DNA of 64,000 bases from positions 373 through 64,372 of the forward strand of contig DUEX01000001.1 of assembly GCA_011170325.1 (NCBI GenBank), written 5' to 3'. The first letter of the stretch is position 1. Every line of letters begins with the position of its first letter. The DNA is from Dehalococcoidia bacterium. GTDB lineage: Bacteria > Chloroflexota > Dehalococcoidia > GIF9 > UBA5629. A program made the position numbers and the translations under genes. The notes beneath the pieces are model-generated. The model was not told where the DNA came from. It saw only the letters and a list, made by a program, of their open reading frames with translations, and ran no database searches. Shown here one piece after another: positions 59,984 through 64,000 of the stretch.

Positions 59984-60224
59984 TTACTGAAGCGTGTCAG
60001 CGTGGTCAATAATGACACGCATTGGTCGGCTAACCATCTCTTTTATAACATCGACCAAGCGTTCCAAGGCCTTTGGTCTGGTTCTGACCCTCTCCAGCGG
60101 ATCAACGATGCCGCTGGAGAATCCTATAAATGACGACATTGGTTACTATTCGAATACCATACCGTTCAACCAGCTGTGCCGGCAAACCAGCTGTACTATC
60201 AGTGATAATAGCTACTTTGGACAT
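59984..60224 (-). pseudogene. DegV-family (fatty-acid-binding) gene remnant with internal deletion/frameshift
   Basis: Reverse strand encodes MSKVAIITDSTAGLPAQLVERYGIRIV (the DegV N-terminus), then shifts frame to a DegV C-terminal-like SSGIVDPLERVRTRPKALERLVDVIKEMVSRPMRVIIDHAD. About 200 codons of the middle are missing. Confidence 0.4.
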
Positions 60225-60233
60225 AGCCACCCT

Positions 60234-61013
60234 CTATAAAGCAATTTTCATACCTTCATAGCCTACATCGATATTAGCTCCCAGCTCTCGAGCTGCATCT
60301 TCAATTTCTTGCTCGACTTCCCCCTGATACTGAGGTGGGATATGAACAATAACAACACGAGGTATATATTCCTTGATTTGACGAAATTGGGTAAGCTCCT
60401 CCTTAAGGAGCTGAGCTGAAAGATGCCCAACGCTTTTCAGAAATTCTTCAAACTTATTAAGACCGGAAACCTCAACAATAAGCAACTGAGGTGAAATGTG
60501 TTCCCAGCAAGCCGATAACCCGGGGCCAGTATCCCCAGTATAGAATAAGCTCTTCCCATCCTTAGAAGTAACTTGATAGCCAATGGTAGGTACGGGATGC
60601 TTCACTGGCACAGCTAAAACTTCGTAGCTTGCGATAATCTCCGTCTTAAACGGCTCAATAGCCTTTAACTGAAGAAAAGGCCTTTCTTGGGACGGCCATT
60701 TGGAGAAATCAACGTACATTCTGCCATCGAGGAGACAGGAGTTAACAATATCAAGAGTCTCACTCAAAGCATAGACTTCAACTGGAATCTGAAAAATACC
60801 ACCGTTAGCCCCTAAGGTGACTAGATCCCGAGTATGGTCGAAGTGATGATGAGTCAAAAGAATTGCCCTTACCCTTTCCTGCTCAGATAAGGAAAGGCTT
60901 GACGTAAGCCCGCCAGCATCTATAGCCAAAATACTATCGATAAGCAAAGAGGCCATCCGTAACCCTTTAGCCTCAACACTATGAGCGCCTAAAATCTGGA
61001 CTTCCATTTCCAT
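60234..61013 (-). CDS. Metallo-beta-lactamase fold hydrolase
   Basis: HxHxDH motif (LTHHHFDHTRD). 259 aa. Confidence 0.7.
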   Translation of the reverse strand: MEMEVQILGAHSVEAKGLRMASLLIDSILAIDAGGLTSSLSLSEQERVRAILLTHHHFDHTRDLVTLGANGGIFQIPVEVYALSETLDIVNSCLLDGRMYVDFSKWPSQERPFLQLKAIEPFKTEIIASYEVLAVPVKHPVPTIGYQVTSKDGKSLFYTGDTGPGLSACWEHISPQLLIVEVSGLNKFEEFLKSVGHLSAQLLKEELTQFRQIKEYIPRVVIVHIPPQYQGEVEQEIEDAARELGANIDVGYEGMKIAL

Positions 61014-61022
61014 GCCTCCAAC

Positions 61023-61321
61023 TCACAAATTTGCCTTGGGGCCATCAGTACCTAGACCCATGAGCTTATCAACAGCGATAGAAAAGCTTTGCCATTCAAC
61101 CAGCTTCTTCGACAGAGTCTGATGGCCTAATTCGGTTATCTCATAATACCGGCGCCTCTGCCGCTCAGCAACCTGTTGCCAGCGACTAGTGACCATCCAG
61201 CCACTTCCAAACGGCACAATGCTGGGTAAATTGTATTGCTTTTGAACTTGAAATAACCCTGACTCCTCCCCAATTCCTTAACAATCTGATGACCATGGCT
61301 TGGTAGCTCATTTATGATAGA
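61023..61321 (-). pseudogene. PadR-family transcriptional regulator disrupted by two frameshifts
   Basis: Three reverse-strand frames carry consecutive PadR segments. MSYQAMVIRLLRN is the N-terminus. LPSHGHQIVKELGRSQGYFKFKSNTIYPALCRLEVAGW is the wing and recognition helix. GWMVTSRWQQVAERQRRRYYEITELG is the C-terminal part. Confidence 0.5.
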
Positions 61322-61543
61322 AAGCAGAAGAAAATCAGTAACACCCCTTATAACTCTTGGGCATGGTCTCTCATTGCCTCAGTCCCCCACTACATTGCGT
61401 TGCTACTTACCATAGCTTAAGTCTCCTTTGAAATCAAGTCTTTGTGCTTGTCCTTTAACTCACTGAAAGCTACACTTTGCTCCACACAAGCCTTTATGCT
61501 AAAATCAAGTCACTATTGACTGTAGTTGTAGGCGGGAAAACAA

Positions 61544-62662
61544 ATGAAACATATCCTCATTACCCTAGTGTTGCTGAGTCTAACACTAAGCGCAGTTGGT
61601 TGTCTTATATCACCATCTCAAACTCCAGCACCACCAATCGAGACACCAGCTAATAATACTCCTGCGGCACCAATAGACCCAAGTTGGTCAGCACCCTCAC
61701 TGGGAAATAACACCCCAGCGCTACCAAGCATTGCTGATGCAGTAGGCAAGGTTTATCAATCAGTAGTAACTATAAGTACCGAGGTAATGACTTTGGATTT
61801 ATTTTTTGGACCTCGAACGCAGTCAGGCGCTGGATCAGGATGGATTATAGACAAAAATGGCATCATCGTGACCAACAACCATGTAGTTGAAGGAGCTAAA
61901 AAGGTGACCGTAGAACTGGCTGATGGCAGAACCTTTCAAGCAAACCCAGACAATATATATCGAGATCCCCTAACTGACTTGGCTATCATCAAAATCGATG
62001 CCACTGACCTGCCAGCTGCCAGCCTCGGTAGCTCAGCACAACTGAGAGTTGGCGACTGGGTAGTAGCCATCGGCAATCCCCTAGGCCAGGGACTGCGAGC
62101 TAAAGAAGGCACAGTCAGCGGCTTAAAGGTATCCTTACCCTTAGATCAGGGTCAAAGTTTGTATGACCTTATCGAAACCTCAGCAGCTATTAATCCAGGC
62201 AACAGCGGCGGACCCTTAGTGAACATGAAAGGAGAAGTCGTCGGCATTACCAGCGCTAAAATCGCTAGCGTTGGCGTTGAGGGCATGGGCTATGCCATAA
62301 GCACCAGAACAGCCATACCAATCATCGAGCAGCTAATCCGCAACAGCTACGTGATTCGTCCATGGCTTGGAGTTCAACTGTATACTGTCGACCAATATGT
62401 CGCCGCAGTAAACCACCTACCCGTAGACAAAGGAGCAGTTATTACATACATAGCACCAGGTAGTCCAGCAGAAAAAGCAGACTTGAAAAAGCTTGATGTA
62501 ATTATTCGCTTCCAAGATACAGAGATAACCACAGCCGAGGAACTAATACAAGCCATACACAATTCCCAAGTCGGAGAGAAGGTCAAGATAACCTTCGCCA
62601 GGGGAGAAGATACAAAGATAACTTATGCCCACCCTATACAAAGTCCACCCCCCGGCAACTGA
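61544..62662 (+). CDS. HtrA/DegP-family trypsin-like serine protease with PDZ domain, lipoprotein-type signal peptide
   Basis: N-terminal LTLSAVGC lipobox-like sequence, GNSGGPL catalytic Ser motif, and a C-terminal PDZ-like region. Confidence 0.8.
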   Translation: MKHILITLVLLSLTLSAVGCLISPSQTPAPPIETPANNTPAAPIDPSWSAPSLGNNTPALPSIADAVGKVYQSVVTISTEVMTLDLFFGPRTQSGAGSGWIIDKNGIIVTNNHVVEGAKKVTVELADGRTFQANPDNIYRDPLTDLAIIKIDATDLPAASLGSSAQLRVGDWVVAIGNPLGQGLRAKEGTVSGLKVSLPLDQGQSLYDLIETSAAINPGNSGGPLVNMKGEVVGITSAKIASVGVEGMGYAISTRTAIPIIEQLIRNSYVIRPWLGVQLYTVDQYVAAVNHLPVDKGAVITYIAPGSPAEKADLKKLDVIIRFQDTEITTAEELIQAIHNSQVGEKVKITFARGEDTKITYAHPIQSPPPGN

Positions 62663-62687
62663 AAAGGACAACATCGATAACAATTTC

Positions 62688-64000
62688 CTAACTTGTTTCT
62701 TTCTTGATACCGAATAAGACCTCACGATTTAAAATACGATGTTTCTGAGTACAACTTCCATCAGGCGGTGGCTCGAAGACTAGCTGCCGGGATAGTGTTT
62801 CCTGCTTAATATAATCGGCAAATTTTGCCATCACCTGCTGAACTGAGGCTTCGCCTTGATAATAGGTAACAATATAATCAGTGATATCCAGCCCTGCTGA
62901 GCGACGCATAGTTTGCAAACGCCGCACTACCTCACGGGCTATCCCTTCAGCCACCAGCTCCGGTGACAGTTCAGTAGCTACTGCTACCTGGTAGTCTCCA
63001 TCTGCAGCCAAGGCATAACCTGGTTTATCACCGATAACCTCCCCCTCAGCGAACTCCATTTCTTTAACATTAAGCTCGTCCAATACCTGGTAAGCCAACC
63101 TACGCAAAGCTTCCTTCTCGGTCGCTGACCTTACTTTGACTAACACACCAGACAGAGGCTGACGCACTTTTATTCCAGCTTTAGCCCGGGCGGCACGGCC
63201 GAGGCTACACACCACCATAGCCAGACGGGTAGCATCAATCAACTGTTTATCTATCTGAGCTCGGTCGGCAGTCGGAAAATCAGTCAGGTGCACGCTTTCT
63301 GGAGCTCTAGGATCAACAGAACGTACTAAGTTCTGGTAAATCTCTTCGGCAACAAAAGGGGTAAAAGGAGCTAGAAGCTTAGATGAAGCAACTAAGCAAT
63401 GATATAGTGTGGTATAAGCTGCCAGTTTATCAGCATCGCTCTGGCTCTTCCAAAAGCGGCGTCGGCTTCGCCTCACATACCAGTTGGAAAGATCATTAAC
63501 AAAGGTCTCAATCCTCCGCCCAGCTGTGGTGGGATCATAATTGCCCAAGCCTTCATCTACATCAGCTATAAGCTGATTAAGTTCAGAGAGAATCCAGTTA
63601 TCTAAATCGGAAGGAGATGGCGTCGCTGCTGACTTAGGGTCAAAATGGTCAATATTAGCATAGGTTACAAAGAAAGAATAAGTGTTCCACAGGGTAAGCA
63701 GAAAATTACGCAGTGCCTCAGCCACCATATCACTGGAGAAACGCCGCACATTCCCAGCTGGTGAAGAGGTAATCAAATACCAACGTAGAGCATCAGCACT
63801 GTAGCTATCAAGCACTGCCCATGGGTCAACTACATTTCCCTTAGCTTTGCTCATCTTCTCACCCTGAGCATCGAGAACATGTCCTAGACAGATAACATTC
63901 TTAAAGCAATGGTGTTCGAAGAGCAAAGTAGATATAGCATGCAAGCTATAAAACCAGCCGCGGGTCTGGTCAACAGCTTCGCAGATAAAGTCAGCCGGAA
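62688..64000 (-). CDS. ileS: Class I aminoacyl-tRNA synthetase C-terminal part, most likely isoleucyl-tRNA synthetase; the 5' end lies beyond the window
   Basis: KMSKAKGN (KMSKS) motif, followed by about 390 aa of anticodon-binding and C-terminal domains. The reading frame is open to the window end. The tail length argues against LeuRS and is compatible with IleRS; ValRS is not excluded. Confidence 0.55.
   Translation of the reverse strand, partial: PADFICEAVDQTRGWFYSLHAISTLLFEHHCFKNVICLGHVLDAQGEKMSKAKGNVVDPWAVLDSYSADALRWYLITSSPAGNVRRFSSDMVAEALRNFLLTLWNTYSFFVTYANIDHFDPKSAATPSPSDLDNWILSELNQLIADVDEGLGNYDPTTAGRRIETFVNDLSNWYVRRSRRRFWKSQSDADKLAAYTTLYHCLVASSKLLAPFTPFVAEEIYQNLVRSVDPRAPESVHLTDFPTADRAQIDKQLIDATRLAMVVCSLGRAARAKAGIKVRQPLSGVLVKVRSATEKEALRRLAYQVLDELNVKEMEFAEGEVIGDKPGYALAADGDYQVAVATELSPELVAEGIAREVVRRLQTMRRSAGLDITDYIVTYYQGEASVQQVMAKFADYIKQETLSRQLVFEPPPDGSCTQKHRILNREVLFGIKKETS

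Noticed and set aside
1-64000. CRISPR array or other regularly spaced direct repeats
   Set aside because: I scanned the intergenic regions by eye. Only isolated palindromes (20086..20122 and 26370..26383) and the T-box terminator were found. No repeat-spacer periodicity is present.

Overview
This is a gene-dense 64-kb chromosomal window with moderate GC content and genes on both strands. It looks like part of an anaerobic bacterial chromosome, plausibly Chloroflexota-like given a TrpB2 paralog, a T-box leader, NfnAB and a COG1470-like gene next to an ABC transporter, but taxonomy cannot be established from sequence alone.

Gene content from start to end:
- A 3'-truncated secD, a CCA-adding enzyme gene, a short orphan histidine kinase, proB-proA, and rph.
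- A COG1470-like membrane protein with an ABC-2 transporter (ATPase plus permease).
- A large acyl-CoA/beta-oxidation-type block: a catalytically degenerate Hbd paralog, crotonase, a bona fide hbd, a split-type methylmalonyl-CoA mutase catalytic subunit, MaoC and double-hotdog hydratases, an AMP-forming acyl-CoA ligase, three ACADs, two further crotonases, and an SDR.
- A 5' tRNA-Gly fragment beside a decayed IS110 transposase, about 14.5 kb upstream of the intact tRNA-Gly(TCC).
- A CoxD/CoxE-like AAA+/VWA pair, a DUF502 gene, and a Yip1 gene carrying an in-frame TAG.
- An ADP-forming acyl-CoA synthetase alpha subunit, a DmpA-like peptidase, and a pantothenate cluster (DUF2520 Rossmann protein, panD, panB, panC), followed by an MFS transporter.
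- A redox supercluster: an Fds-type NAD-linked formate dehydrogenase (NuoE-like, NuoF-like, and a Cys-type molybdopterin alpha subunit), then a fusion of a NuoG-like Fe-S domain to a GltD-like NADPH oxidoreductase, then NfnA and NfnB.
- A T-box-leader trpE-D-C-F-B-A operon without trpG, followed by a Trp-rich 19-codon leader ORF and trpB2.
- A small gene-decay patch (degV remnant, an MBL-fold gene, a frameshifted padR), an HtrA protease, and the 3' part of a class I aminoacyl-tRNA synthetase, probably ileS.

No CRISPR array, integrase or rRNA gene was seen. Coordinates of features I delineated by hand may be off by 1-2 nt.
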